The notes: generated by a model from the sequence alone, not told the origin. A stretch of DNA of 64,000 nucleotides from Candidatus Parcubacteria bacterium (GCA_023131895.1 JAGLYZ010000002.1:43364-107363), one strand, 5' to 3'. Counted from the stretch's first letter, positions 53,949-63,287 are shown. Made by a program: numbers and translations.

Positions 53949-53967
53949 ACCGAGAACAGTTCTCGGT
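53949..53967. repeat. REP-like palindrome ACCGAGAAC-AG-TTCTCGGT 8 nt downstream of tRNA-Glu
   Basis: 9-bp arms, same core as the RAYT-flanking elements. Confidence 0.45.
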
Positions 53968-53975
53968 GGCTCTTG

Positions 53976-54050
53976 TGGCCCTGACGGGATTTGAACCCGT
54001 GTTACCAGATTGAGAATCTGACGTCCTAGACCAAGCTAGACGACAGGGCC
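53976..54050 (-). tRNA. tRNA-Glu (anticodon CTC), CCA not encoded
   Basis: Hand fold: acceptor GGCCCUG/CAGGGCC, D-arm CGUC...GACG, anticodon stem UCAGA/UCUGG with loop UUCUCAA, T-arm ACGGGUUCAAAUCCCGU, discriminator A. Confidence 0.75.
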
Positions 54051-54094
54051 GTTTATATTTTCTTTTTATCACAAAATCTATTGAGGTTCAACTG

Positions 54095-55747
54095 CTATTC
54101 GTAATCAGGCGGGATTTCGTAATAATCAATAATATATTTTGCCAATTCTTGGAAAACAGGCACAGCAGAATACTCTGCTGTTTTTGTTTTAGGATTATCA
54201 AGCTTTACTAAAATAAGGAATCTGGGGTCAAAAGCAGGTCCAAATCCTACAAATGTCTGCCATGTCTTATCTGAATAACCCTTTTTATCAAAACCAAGAG
54301 ACGCCCAAGAGACCTGGGCAGTGCCTGTTTTTCCGCCAATATAATATCCTGGAACTCTGGCAGTTTTAGCATAACCATGCTCTACCACGCTCACTAACAT
54401 AGCTGTAGCCTTAGAAGAAGCATTAGAAGATATAATTTGCTTTCCATCACTTATTCTTTCTATAACGTAAGGATTTACTAGGTTCCCGCCATTAATAATA
54501 GCGCAGTAAGCCCTGACTATCTGAATAGGGGTCATTTCTATACCCTGGCCAAAAGAAGCAGTGGCAAAACCTATTTCATAACCTTTTTTCAACTCTTTGT
54601 TTTGGGAAAAAGTTTCTTCCTGCAAATCAATGCCTGTAAGTTCAAAAATGCCGAATTTTTCAATATACTTTAAAAAATCTTTATGCCCTATCTGCTCTTC
54701 AACAAATACAGCTCCAGTATTTATTGATTTCTCTAATACTTCTGTCATTGTTTTCTCGCCCCATACCCCTTTATCATAGTTATAAATAGTATAATCACTA
54801 ATTTCAAGCTGGCCCTTATCAATATAAGTGGTCTGTGGAGTTATTTTCCCTGCATCAAGAGCGGCTGACATAGTAATGGCTTTAAAAATTGAGCCCGGTT
54901 CAAAAAGCCAATAAATAGCGCTGTTTTGAAAACTTTCCTGCTCTTCCTGAAAATAGTAATTAGGATTAAATCCAGGCAAATTAGCCATAGCTAAAATCTC
55001 TCCTGAAAATGGCTCTATAACTATAATCTGACCTGATTCAATATCCAGTCCTTGTTTTGCGTCTCTCAACAATTTCTCTGCCATTGACTGGATATGATAA
55101 TCAATAGTTAAAACAATATCAGAACCCTTTTGCGGTTCGTCTCTTGAAGGTAAAAACAAATCAATCCACGCGTTTCTTCCTCCTTCTTGAAACTTCTCTT
55201 CTCCCCTTAAAGTGCTGTCATAATAACCTTCTAAACCGTATTGGCCTGTGCCCTGTCCGCCTAAAAAACCAACAACTTGAGAGGCTAATGATTCTTGGGG
55301 ATAATATCTTCCTAAAAATTCTTTAAGATAAATGCCTTTGATTTCTAATTCTTTTAACATAGACACTTCTTCTTCAGATAATTTATTTTTTATGAGCTGA
55401 AAAAAACTGTCTTCTTGATTTAGCTTTTCTAAAACTAATTCTGCCTCTAATCCAAGAATTTCCGCCAGTTTTTGAGATGTTTCTTGCTTTTCTTTTACTT
55501 CTGGAGGGCAGACATAAACCATTTGCCAGCTCTTATTAACAGCTAAAGGATATAAGGATCCTTTTCTGTCTTGGAGATAAATCTCTCCCCTTTCTCCTTC
55601 AATCTCGGCAAAAAACTTCTGCTGTCCCTGGGCCAATGCTTTATAAAAATCATGGTTTGAAATTTGGATATAAAACAAGCGGCCTATTACAACCGCTCCA
55701 AATAATAAAAAAAGAAAAAAAATTATATTTATACGCCAGTGTTTCAT
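54095..55747 (-). CDS. ftsI: peptidoglycan D,D-transpeptidase (class B PBP, FtsI/PBP2-like)
   Basis: N-terminal TM anchor, dimerisation domain, transpeptidase motifs SIFK (SxxK), SIN (SxN), KTGT (KTG); 550 aa; dcw cluster context. Confidence 0.9.
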   Translation of the reverse strand: MKHWRINIIFFLFLLFGAVVIGRLFYIQISNHDFYKALAQGQQKFFAEIEGERGEIYLQDRKGSLYPLAVNKSWQMVYVCPPEVKEKQETSQKLAEILGLEAELVLEKLNQEDSFFQLIKNKLSEEEVSMLKELEIKGIYLKEFLGRYYPQESLASQVVGFLGGQGTGQYGLEGYYDSTLRGEEKFQEGGRNAWIDLFLPSRDEPQKGSDIVLTIDYHIQSMAEKLLRDAKQGLDIESGQIIVIEPFSGEILAMANLPGFNPNYYFQEEQESFQNSAIYWLFEPGSIFKAITMSAALDAGKITPQTTYIDKGQLEISDYTIYNYDKGVWGEKTMTEVLEKSINTGAVFVEEQIGHKDFLKYIEKFGIFELTGIDLQEETFSQNKELKKGYEIGFATASFGQGIEMTPIQIVRAYCAIINGGNLVNPYVIERISDGKQIISSNASSKATAMLVSVVEHGYAKTARVPGYYIGGKTGTAQVSWASLGFDKKGYSDKTWQTFVGFGPAFDPRFLILVKLDNPKTKTAEYSAVPVFQELAKYIIDYYEIPPDYE

Positions 55748-55748
55748 T

Positions 55749-55790
55749 TTAACATTTTAACATTTAAGCATTTTAACATTTTGTTTATAT
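55749..55790 (-). repeat. tandem 8-bp repeat (AAAATGTT AAAATGCT TAAATGTT AAAATGTT on the minus strand) forming the entire ftsL-ftsI spacer up to the ftsI start codon
   Basis: Read directly; same unit family as 39121-39160; no Shine-Dalgarno present. Confidence 0.55.
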
Positions 55791-55801
55791 GTTAGTATGT
55801 T

Positions 55802-56107
55802 TCATTTGGCTATTGCTGTGCTTTCTAAAATCTTAATATAACCAATCCTTCCTACTTTCTCATAATTCAATTCTTTAGCTAATAATTCAATATTCTCTAA
55901 TGAATCGCCTTGGAAAAGCCCTATTTCCAAGTTTTTATTCTGCTGTGAAAGCTCTTTAATATCCTGCTGACAGTTTAAAATAAGATTGGACTCATTTGTT
56001 GTGCCATTAATCTGAATTATATAAGAAATACTTAAAGAAATCATTAGAATAATACAAAAAGACAAAAGTAATTTAGAAAATGTTATTAAATTAATTTTAC
56101 TGTTCAT
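55802..56107 (-). CDS. ftsL: cell division protein FtsL-like (single-TM coiled-coil protein)
   Basis: 101 aa, N-terminal TM (LLLSFCIILMISLSISYII) then coiled coil; located between rsmH and ftsI as in canonical dcw clusters. Confidence 0.55.
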   Translation of the reverse strand: MNSKINLITFSKLLLSFCIILMISLSISYIIQINGTTNESNLILNCQQDIKELSQQNKNLEIGLFQGDSLENIELLAKELNYEKVGRIGYIKILESTAIAK

Positions 56108-56967
56108 ATTTTTATTGCTGCCCGCAAGCGAGCCGACCTTGAACGAGGATTTATCCTTATTTCATCGTCTGTTGGTCTGATTGGTTTTTTAGTTAGTATT
56201 TTAATCCGGCCTTTTTTAGCTTTTTCTTTAAAAATTTTTTTAACTATTCTATCTTCCAAAGAATGAAAAGAAATAATTACTATCCTTCCTTCTGGTTGTA
56301 AAATTTCTAATGCTTGAGGTAAAACATTTCTGATGTTTTCTAATTCCTGATTAACTGCAATCCTTAACGCCTGAAAAGTTCTTGTGGCCGGGAAAATTCT
56401 TCCTTTCTCATAATTTTTAGGAACCGCTTTTATAATTATCTCTTTCAGCTGGAAAGTTGTTTTAATTGGTTCTATTTTTCTTGCTTTTGCTATTTCTTTA
56501 GCTATTCTCTTTGAAAATTTTTCTTCGCCATATTCCATTAATATCTTTTCAATCTCTTTCTCTGGCCATTTGTTCAAAATCTCTTGAGCAGTCAATCCTT
56601 TGCGCGAATCATAACGCATAATCAATGGTTCATCTTTCTGAAAAGAAAATCCTTTTCCTGATTCTTCTATATGCCAGGAAGAAAAGCCCAAGTCAAATAA
56701 AATTCCAGCAGGCTTAAATTTATATTTCTCAACGATCTTTTTCAAATTTACATAAGAATCATTAACTAAAACCAATCTATCTCTCTGTTTAACTGTTTCA
56801 AACAACCGTGTGTCTATTTCTATTCCTAATACTTTTCCATTGGGCTTATTTCTTTCCAAAATGGCTAAACTGTGACCAGCTCCCCCAAGTGTTGCGTCTA
56901 TAAAATTCTCATTCGTCTTCACTTGCAGATATTTGATAACTTCTTTTTGAAGAACAGGTATGTGCAT
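56104..56967 (-). CDS. rsmH: 16S rRNA (cytosine1402-N4)-methyltransferase RsmH (MraW)
   Basis: SAM motifs DATLGGAGHS, DLGFSS, conserved C-terminal ISFHSLEDRIVK; 287 aa. Confidence 0.9.
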   Translation of the reverse strand: MHIPVLQKEVIKYLQVKTNENFIDATLGGAGHSLAILERNKPNGKVLGIEIDTRLFETVKQRDRLVLVNDSYVNLKKIVEKYKFKPAGILFDLGFSSWHIEESGKGFSFQKDEPLIMRYDSRKGLTAQEILNKWPEKEIEKILMEYGEEKFSKRIAKEIAKARKIEPIKTTFQLKEIIIKAVPKNYEKGRIFPATRTFQALRIAVNQELENIRNVLPQALEILQPEGRIVIISFHSLEDRIVKKIFKEKAKKGRIKILTKKPIRPTDDEIRINPRSRSARLRAAIKI

Positions 56968-56985
56968 TGGTATTTAAATTGAAAA

Positions 56986-57417
56986 TTATAGTCCTAATTC
57001 TCCTAATCTTTCAGCAATATCGCCTATTCCAGCTTCTGTCTTTTGACTATATTCTTTCCATTTGCTTTCATCCCAAATCTCAATCCTGTTATATAGTCCT
57101 GCAATAACTATCTTTTTTTTAAAACAGGCATAGCTTTTTAAATAATCAGGAATAAGAATCCTGCCTAAACCATCTATTTTAACATCCATAGCTCCAACAA
57201 GCATTATCCTGGCAAATCCCCTGGCATCGGCCTGCGATAAAGGAAGCTTGCTTAGTTTTTCCGCTAACTTCTCCCATTCTTTTAAAGGATAAAGAAAAAG
57301 GCAGTTGTCCAGTCCTTTGGTGATAACTGCCTTTCTGCCTAAAATCTGCCGAAACTTTGTCGGAATAGCCAATCTCTTTTTTTCGTCTATTGAATATGTA
57401 TATTCGCCGATAAACAT
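56986..57417 (-). CDS. mraZ: transcriptional regulator MraZ
   Basis: Duplicated MraZ/SpoVT-AbrB-like halves (MFIGEYTYSIDEKKRLAIPTKFR... and ...DGLGRILIPDYLK); 143 aa. Confidence 0.9.
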   Translation of the reverse strand: MFIGEYTYSIDEKKRLAIPTKFRQILGRKAVITKGLDNCLFLYPLKEWEKLAEKLSKLPLSQADARGFARIMLVGAMDVKIDGLGRILIPDYLKSYACFKKKIVIAGLYNRIEIWDESKWKEYSQKTEAGIGDIAERLGELGL

Positions 57418-57419
57418 AG

Positions 57420-57469
57420 TTATCCACAGTTTTGGGTAGTTATCCCATAGTTATCCACAATCATCCACT
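57420..57469. promoter_or_regulatory. array of four (A)GTTATCCACA-like boxes (two perfect TTATCCACA, two imperfect) with 10-11/20-bp spacing immediately upstream of mraZ: MraZ operator and/or DnaA-box cluster
   Basis: Perfect boxes at 57420-57428 and 57451-57459; imperfect AGTTATCCCAT (57438) and TCATCCACT (57461). On the mraZ coding strand they read GTGGAT repeats phased about 10 bp apart. Confidence 0.5.
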
Positions 57470-57546
57470 ACACTTACTTTATACTCCACTTTAACATTGA
57501 TGTCAAATACATTAAAATATCCTAAATCCCTCTTAAAACCATTAAC

Positions 57547-57566
57547 TTTTCCACAGATAATCCACA
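57547..57566. promoter_or_regulatory. two further imperfect boxes (TTTTCCACAG, TAATCCACAG) in the same intergenic region
   Basis: Read directly. Confidence 0.3.
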
Positions 57567-57607
57567 GTTCAAAAAAAAGGAGGAAGTGTAAAAAACCACT
57601 TCCTATT

Positions 57608-57799
57608 TTATATTTTTTTCATTTTTCCTACTTCTTCGTATGGCAGTACTCTCACCAGTGCCACATATTTCTTGTCTCGAGAAATTTTTACCACCATACT
57701 TTTTGTCGCTCCGTCAGATAATATCATATCTCCTTCCTCTATTTCTACTTCAGTAGGCATCTTTTTTAAATCACCTCCTTTCTTTATTTTAAAGGTCAT
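57608..57799 (-). CDS. hypothetical small protein (63 aa)
   Basis: ORF; no motif. Confidence 0.35.
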   Translation of the reverse strand: MTFKIKKGGDLKKMPTEVEIEEGDMILSDGATKSMVVKISRDKKYVALVRVLPYEEVGKMKKI

Positions 57800-58136
57800 T
57801 TCTCATTTCCTGCATTTCATTTCTTATTTTCTCAATCCTTTTATCTCTTTCTATAAAATTCTTAATATTGTTGTATAGAAAATATTCAATTACTAATGTT
57901 AAAAGAAAAAACAAAACAGCTAATTCAAAGGCAACAATAAAAAATGTTGATATTCCTATCATTATAACAAAAACAAAAATACCAATGATTTTTAATTGTT
58001 CTTCGTGGCTGAAATATTCTTTAAAATCAAACCAAACAAGTTCTTGCGTCTTTCTTATCTTTTCCCTAATTTGCTCCTCAATAATATCAAGTTGTTTATC
58101 TATGCTTAAATAATAGATATTAAGTTTTGTTTTCAT
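57789..58136 (-). CDS. small membrane protein (115 aa, 2 TM)
   Basis: Two hydrophobic helices (IFVFVIMIGISTFFIVAFELAVLFFLLTLVI). Confidence 0.45.
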   Translation of the reverse strand: MKTKLNIYYLSIDKQLDIIEEQIREKIRKTQELVWFDFKEYFSHEEQLKIIGIFVFVIMIGISTFFIVAFELAVLFFLLTLVIEYFLYNNIKNFIERDKRIEKIRNEMQEMRNDL

Positions 58137-58154
58137 TACCAGTAATATAACATA

Positions 58155-59075
58155 CTACTGATAATTTGTCAATAGTTCATCTATGGTCTTAAAATTCTGT
58201 GGTGCTTCAATATTAGCTGTCTGGTTAAAATCAGACATTTCTATATTTAATTTAATATCTATTAATCCATCTTGGGTTTTGTCAAACTTGCTGATATCTA
58301 TTTCTTTCTTAAGCTTAATCCTATAGGGCAATTTATCTTTTTTGCCAATCCATATTTCAGCTGGTATTTCTCCTATTTCTCCAGTTTTTTCAAAAAAATC
58401 ATCTAAATCTAAAACCACCATATAATGATACGCTTTCTGGCCATTGATTTCTTCGTCTGCCAATTCCTCTTTCACTTTAAACATCTTTACTTTCTCTAAT
58501 ACTTCTTTTATCCCTACTATAAATTCTTCCATTTTTTCCTCTTCTTCTGGCGGCTGATATTCTTCTCCGGCTATTTTCTCCAAGCTTTCTTGATCTATCT
58601 TAATCCACTGATTTTTAAAATCCTCTAAATCCATACCAAGCATTGCTAAAAACGGCTCTAAGGCAGGAAAAGCTGGAATACTAGTAAGTTTAAAATAGTT
58701 AGTATCATCTATGGTTTTACTCTCGCCATCCAATGACAATTCCATTCCTTCAGCCGCAAAGAAAAATTTAAATTCTATTGCTGATTTTACATTCTCAGGG
58801 TTAGTAATATCTGCTTCTGCTTTAATATTTCCATTGATATTAAATTCTTGCTCTTTTTTTATTCCAATCTCAAAATCAACATCACTATGAAAAGTTTTTA
58901 CTTTAGCCAATTCAATGCCCATTTCAGTTATAACAACGCTTGGATCAGGCCTGAAAGGATTCCACGTTGGATCCCATGCTTGGATATAGAGTGAACTAAA
59001 CAATATTGATGCGGCTATAATAAGAGAGAAATAAATTGTTATAATTATTTTTTGAGACACAGATTTAATTTTCAA
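58155..59075 (-). CDS. secreted/membrane-anchored hypothetical protein (306 aa)
   Basis: N-terminal signal/anchor (IIITIYFSLIIAASILFSSLYIQA), acidic soluble domain. Confidence 0.45.
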   Translation of the reverse strand: MKIKSVSQKIIITIYFSLIIAASILFSSLYIQAWDPTWNPFRPDPSVVITEMGIELAKVKTFHSDVDFEIGIKKEQEFNINGNIKAEADITNPENVKSAIEFKFFFAAEGMELSLDGESKTIDDTNYFKLTSIPAFPALEPFLAMLGMDLEDFKNQWIKIDQESLEKIAGEEYQPPEEEEKMEEFIVGIKEVLEKVKMFKVKEELADEEINGQKAYHYMVVLDLDDFFEKTGEIGEIPAEIWIGKKDKLPYRIKLKKEIDISKFDKTQDGLIDIKLNIEMSDFNQTANIEAPQNFKTIDELLTNYQ

Positions 59076-59076
59076 T

Positions 59077-60354
59077 TTAATATGGTTTCAGTGCTTCAAT
59101 AGTGTACACATTCCACGGATTCCATAACAGCCAGCCAGAAACTCCAGCATCCTCGGTTGCTTTGATTTGCGCCCTAACTTTTTCAGCATTATAATAAATT
59201 CCTTTCTGGCTGTCTTTTTTTAAGTCAAAGTCCTGGAGCCATGGACGAATTTTGCTTTTGTTTTTTTTCTTTTCATCAAGAAAAATATTATACTCGGAAA
59301 ATAAATAATTCAAGAAAAACATAAAAGATTGGCTTTTTTTATATTGAGAAGGTCTTGCTGTTGGTTTAGGATAAAAAGAAGAGATATAGTCAGAAGCATT
59401 TAAAACCGTTCTGTGTACAACTTCATAAGGATAATTGGACGGCGAAGAAAAATAAAGAGCCGGCAGATTTCTTTTTAGATCTTTTTTAACAACAAAGCCA
59501 TGAAAAAAATGGCTGGGATAAAGCATAAATGAAATATAATCAAACTTGCCTAAAGTATCTGAAATATTCTGTCCTGTTCCTGAAATATTAAAATATTGAG
59601 CCACTAAGCCAAAAAGGTCAATGGAAATAATAATATCATTTTTATAATCTCTTATATCTTCTGAAAGAACTGAATAAAAATCATTGATTGATTCTCTCTT
59701 TTTTCTTTCCTTATTATGGCAAGGATAAACAATTTTTTCTAATGCTCCCCTGTCTGGAAAACGAAGATAATCAAACTGGATTTCATCAAAACCAGCATCA
59801 ATGGCTTTCCGGCTTACAGCAGAAATATAGCCCTGAACTTCAGGGCAGGCTGGATCCAGCCAAAAATAGCCAGCATCGTCCTGCCAAAGAGAGCTAGAAG
59901 AATTCTTAAGATACCATTCTGGTTTGATATTTATCATTGATGAATCACGGCACGCCACAACCCGAGCAATAACCCAAAAGTCATACTTATGAAGTTCATC
60001 TATGAACACTCCCAGTGTATCAGAAAAACGTATGCCTGAAACTTCTTTAACATCAATAACCACTCCATTAAGCTCTGTGTTAATTAAAAGTTCTTTTACT
60101 TCTTTTCGTTTGTTAACTGCCCAAGCAGATTTTGAGTTAGCTGTATATTGGGTCAAATAAATTCCTTTGATATCGCTTGATTTTTCTAACGCCTTCTGCC
60201 TTTTTTGAAAATCTTTATTATTAATTTCCTTAATTAAATTAAAAAAATCTTTAGCTTCATCTAAAAAATTTTTAGCAAATATATCCTGCGGAAAAATAAG
60301 GATTAGCAATAACAATAAAAAAATAAAAAAAATTCTAAAACTCTTATTCTCCAT
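59077..60354 (-). CDS. secreted TIM-barrel glycoside-hydrolase-like protein (GHL/DUF4015, YddW-like family)
   Basis: Signal peptide; blocks KGIYLTQYTANS, GVVIDVKEVSG, FDEIQFDYLRFPD resembling the GH-like DUF4015 family; 425 aa. Confidence 0.4.
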   Translation of the reverse strand: MENKSFRIFFIFLLLLLILIFPQDIFAKNFLDEAKDFFNLIKEINNKDFQKRQKALEKSSDIKGIYLTQYTANSKSAWAVNKRKEVKELLINTELNGVVIDVKEVSGIRFSDTLGVFIDELHKYDFWVIARVVACRDSSMINIKPEWYLKNSSSSLWQDDAGYFWLDPACPEVQGYISAVSRKAIDAGFDEIQFDYLRFPDRGALEKIVYPCHNKERKKRESINDFYSVLSEDIRDYKNDIIISIDLFGLVAQYFNISGTGQNISDTLGKFDYISFMLYPSHFFHGFVVKKDLKRNLPALYFSSPSNYPYEVVHRTVLNASDYISSFYPKPTARPSQYKKSQSFMFFLNYLFSEYNIFLDEKKKNKSKIRPWLQDFDLKKDSQKGIYYNAEKVRAQIKATEDAGVSGWLLWNPWNVYTIEALKPY

Positions 60355-60355
60355 A

Positions 60356-62929
60356 TTATTTCTGATGAACTATCTCAAAACCTTCATGGTCAATGCTTAT
60401 TTTATCCCCTCTTTTGATCTCTTTTTTTAACAATGAAATAGCCAAAAGATTTTCCACCATATCAGCAATTACCCGGCGCATTTCACGAGCTCCAAAAGCA
60501 GGGCTATAACCCAAATCAACAATCCTTTTCTTTAATTCATTTGTGATTACAAGGTCAATCCCCTTCTCTTCTTTGAGGTTCTTCTTTATTTTATTAAGCA
60601 TCAGCTCTGAAATGTCTAAAAGATTTTCTTTTGTTAGCGGCTTGAAAACAACCACAGCATCAAACCTATTAATAAACTCCGGCCTGAATTTCCTTCTTTT
60701 AAACAAAAGCGCTAATAGATCCTCTTTAATAATATTTAATTGCTTATCTTTTTTAATGTCTTTCCAAATAACTTCTGCGCCGGCATTACTTGTCGCAATA
60801 ATGATGCTGTTGGAAAAGAGAACTTTTCTTCCCAATCCGTCAGTAATATGCCCTTCATCTAAAACCTGTAAAAACAGATTTAAAATATTTGGATGGGCTT
60901 TTTCTATTTCATCTAAAAGGATTAAAGAAAACGGGTCTTCCCTCACCTTAGTGGTTAAAATGCCTTCCTGCTCTGCTGAACCGATTAAACGGGGAATATC
61001 TTTAATGGCTTGAAATTCAGACATATCCAAGCGGATCATTCTGTCTTCAGCGCCAAAATAAATCGCACTCAATGCTTTTGAGGTTTCTGTTTTGCCCACG
61101 CCAGTTGGGCCCAAAAACAAGAATGTGCCCATTGGCTTTTTTCTTTTGGTGATTTCAACTCTTGACCTGCGCAAAGCTGAAGAAACCTCTTTTACTGCTG
61201 TTTCCTGGTTAATAATCCGTTCATGGAGCAGGCTTTCTAAATTCAGCAGAATATTTCTTTCTTGAGCTTCAACTTTGCCTACTGGAATTTCCGTTTTATC
61301 AGAAACAACCTTAGCCGCATCTTCAGGAAGAACTAAAACCTTTTTGCGCTGGCTGGATGTATAAATCATAATTTCATCCAATAAATCAATGGCTTTTTTA
61401 GGAAAAGGCGCAGCTGGAAGATAACGGCTGGAATAAGAAACTATTGTTTTTAAAACCGGATAACTGATAAACTTCTTGTATTTTTTTTCTAAGAAAGGAA
61501 CCATCCTTTCCAAGACCGTAATGGTTTCTTTTTCTGAAATCTCTGAAACCTCAACTTTTTCAAAAAGGCCGATTAAAGAAGAATTTTTCTCAATGTTTTT
61601 ATGCAAGCCGGCAAAAGTAGTTATGGCTATAATCTGCAGCTGTGGCAGACGTAGAAACGGAGAAAGAATGCCTGAAATATCTATCACTCCAGGCTTGGAC
61701 TGGCTGCTGACAAAATTATGGAATTCGTCAATAATTAAAATAATATTGCCGGCAGAAACAACTTCTTCAAAAATTCTGTTTAAAACAAATTCTACTTCTT
61801 CAAAGCTGTCAATCCTGCTTAATAATGAAGGAAGATTTAATTCAACTACCCGCTTATAATTTATCTGAGGCAGGCTTTCGTTGAAAAAACTTTTTTTAGT
61901 TAATGCCTGAACAATGTTTTTTCTGCCGATGCCCGGCCTGCCTACCAATAAAGCATTATTAATTTCCAGGCGTGAAAGGATTCTTTCCAATCCAAACACT
62001 TCATTGCTATGGCCAACAATTTCTCCAAAGCCGTCTGCTGCCATTGCGCTTGTCCAGTCAAAAGAATACTTATCTAAAGTAATTGTATAACCAGCGCACC
62101 AGTCCTTGGCAAAAGACCCTTTTTTATTTAAATTTGTTAAATCCCAAAATCTTTTTCTTTTATTTGCTTTTCTTTCTATTCTTTCCAGCCAATCAGTTAA
62201 ATTCTCAATATCTTCTGATTTAAGCTCTGATTTTATCAAAATCTCCCGGAAAATAGGATTGGCTTTGCTTAAAGCGGTTGTTAAATCAAATATCTCTATT
62301 CTTTGATGCCCTCTTGCCTTGGCTATTTTTAAAGATTCAATAATAGTTTCTTGGAAATCATCTGAATAAAGCTCCTGCCTTGCTTTAAGTCTTTCCATTA
62401 AAGGAGCTTTAATTAAATCTTTCTGTAGATATTCTTTTAGCGCTTTTTTAACTTCTTTAATATTTATTAATGCTCTGTAAAAAATAAAATTTAAATTTTC
62501 ATTGCCAAGAATCAGATAATAAAAAAGAGCAGTAGAGTCCAGTTCAAATGTTTTTTTTCTTTTAGTCCATTTTAAGGCATTCCAAACCGCCCTAGCTGAT
62601 TCAAAACTTAAAAATTCTGCTAAATTATTTTTCCCCGGCCTTAAAGCAATTTTCTTCAGCTCTGCTTCCAATTCTGGCTGAGCCAGCTTTAAGTTAAAAA
62701 ATTCTTCAACAATTAAAAACCAAAAATAGAAAGAGAAGAAAATCAAAGACAAGCCAAGTAAAACATTATTAGATAAAAAAGTCGCTAAAAAGAGAAAAGC
62801 AAAACCGATAAAAAGAAACAAAAACAGTCTCTTCAAAAACCCAGACCATCCAAAAATCGGATGCCTTGCCCATTTGACTGCCTGAAAAATCTTTGCCTGT
62901 TTTAAATTAAAATAAAAGCTTGATGCCAT
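60356..62929 (-). CDS. membrane-anchored double-ring AAA+ ATPase of the ClpA/ClpB/ClpC family with a degenerate D1 Walker A
   Basis: N-terminal about 80 aa hydrophobic; D1 LLVGRPGIGRKNIVQAL (Lys->Arg, Thr->Lys relative to GxPGVGKT); D2 canonical (FLFLGPTGVGKTE, LLDEIEKAHPNILNLFLQVLDEG, sensor-2 GAREMRRVI); 857 aa. Confidence 0.75.
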   Translation of the reverse strand: MASSFYFNLKQAKIFQAVKWARHPIFGWSGFLKRLFLFLFIGFAFLFLATFLSNNVLLGLSLIFFSFYFWFLIVEEFFNLKLAQPELEAELKKIALRPGKNNLAEFLSFESARAVWNALKWTKRKKTFELDSTALFYYLILGNENLNFIFYRALINIKEVKKALKEYLQKDLIKAPLMERLKARQELYSDDFQETIIESLKIAKARGHQRIEIFDLTTALSKANPIFREILIKSELKSEDIENLTDWLERIERKANKRKRFWDLTNLNKKGSFAKDWCAGYTITLDKYSFDWTSAMAADGFGEIVGHSNEVFGLERILSRLEINNALLVGRPGIGRKNIVQALTKKSFFNESLPQINYKRVVELNLPSLLSRIDSFEEVEFVLNRIFEEVVSAGNIILIIDEFHNFVSSQSKPGVIDISGILSPFLRLPQLQIIAITTFAGLHKNIEKNSSLIGLFEKVEVSEISEKETITVLERMVPFLEKKYKKFISYPVLKTIVSYSSRYLPAAPFPKKAIDLLDEIMIYTSSQRKKVLVLPEDAAKVVSDKTEIPVGKVEAQERNILLNLESLLHERIINQETAVKEVSSALRRSRVEITKRKKPMGTFLFLGPTGVGKTETSKALSAIYFGAEDRMIRLDMSEFQAIKDIPRLIGSAEQEGILTTKVREDPFSLILLDEIEKAHPNILNLFLQVLDEGHITDGLGRKVLFSNSIIIATSNAGAEVIWKDIKKDKQLNIIKEDLLALLFKRRKFRPEFINRFDAVVVFKPLTKENLLDISELMLNKIKKNLKEEKGIDLVITNELKKRIVDLGYSPAFGAREMRRVIADMVENLLAISLLKKEIKRGDKISIDHEGFEIVHQK

Positions 62930-63287
62930 AGAAAAATAAAATAATTAAAATAACTGGCAAAAACAGCCAGAATAAAAGAATTAAAAAACCGGCGCAAAAA
63001 ATAAAAAATGCGGCTATAACGCCGATAATAATTAAAGCCGTTCTCATTATCATACCAATTACTCTGGAAATAGCATTAAAAGTTAAGGCATCAAAATATT
63101 TTCTCAAATCAAAAGCTTTTGGATAAGCGTATCTATATCTTCTCCATGGCGAACAAAAAGTTCTCAAAAGTAAAGAAATGGAAAAAAAGTTTAGACTAAA
63201 CCTCAAAAAATTCCTCCAAGCCCTTAAAATTGCTTTCACCTGGCCAACAAAATGCCATTGTAGATATTGAATAATAATATTAGACAT
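62907..63287 (-). CDS. small membrane protein (126 aa)
   Basis: Hydrophobic C-terminal half with about 3 TM helices. Confidence 0.4.
   Translation of the reverse strand: MSNIIIQYLQWHFVGQVKAILRAWRNFLRFSLNFFSISLLLRTFCSPWRRYRYAYPKAFDLRKYFDALTFNAISRVIGMIMRTALIIIGVIAAFFIFCAGFLILLFWLFLPVILIILFFYGIKLLF

Noticed and set aside
57418-57607. Chromosomal replication origin (oriC) at the DnaA-box-like cluster
   Set aside because: Genes on both sides are transcribed in the same (minus) direction and no dnaA, dnaN or strand switch is present here. The MraZ operator reading fits the position and 10-bp phasing better. Kept as an alternative in the findings and not called.
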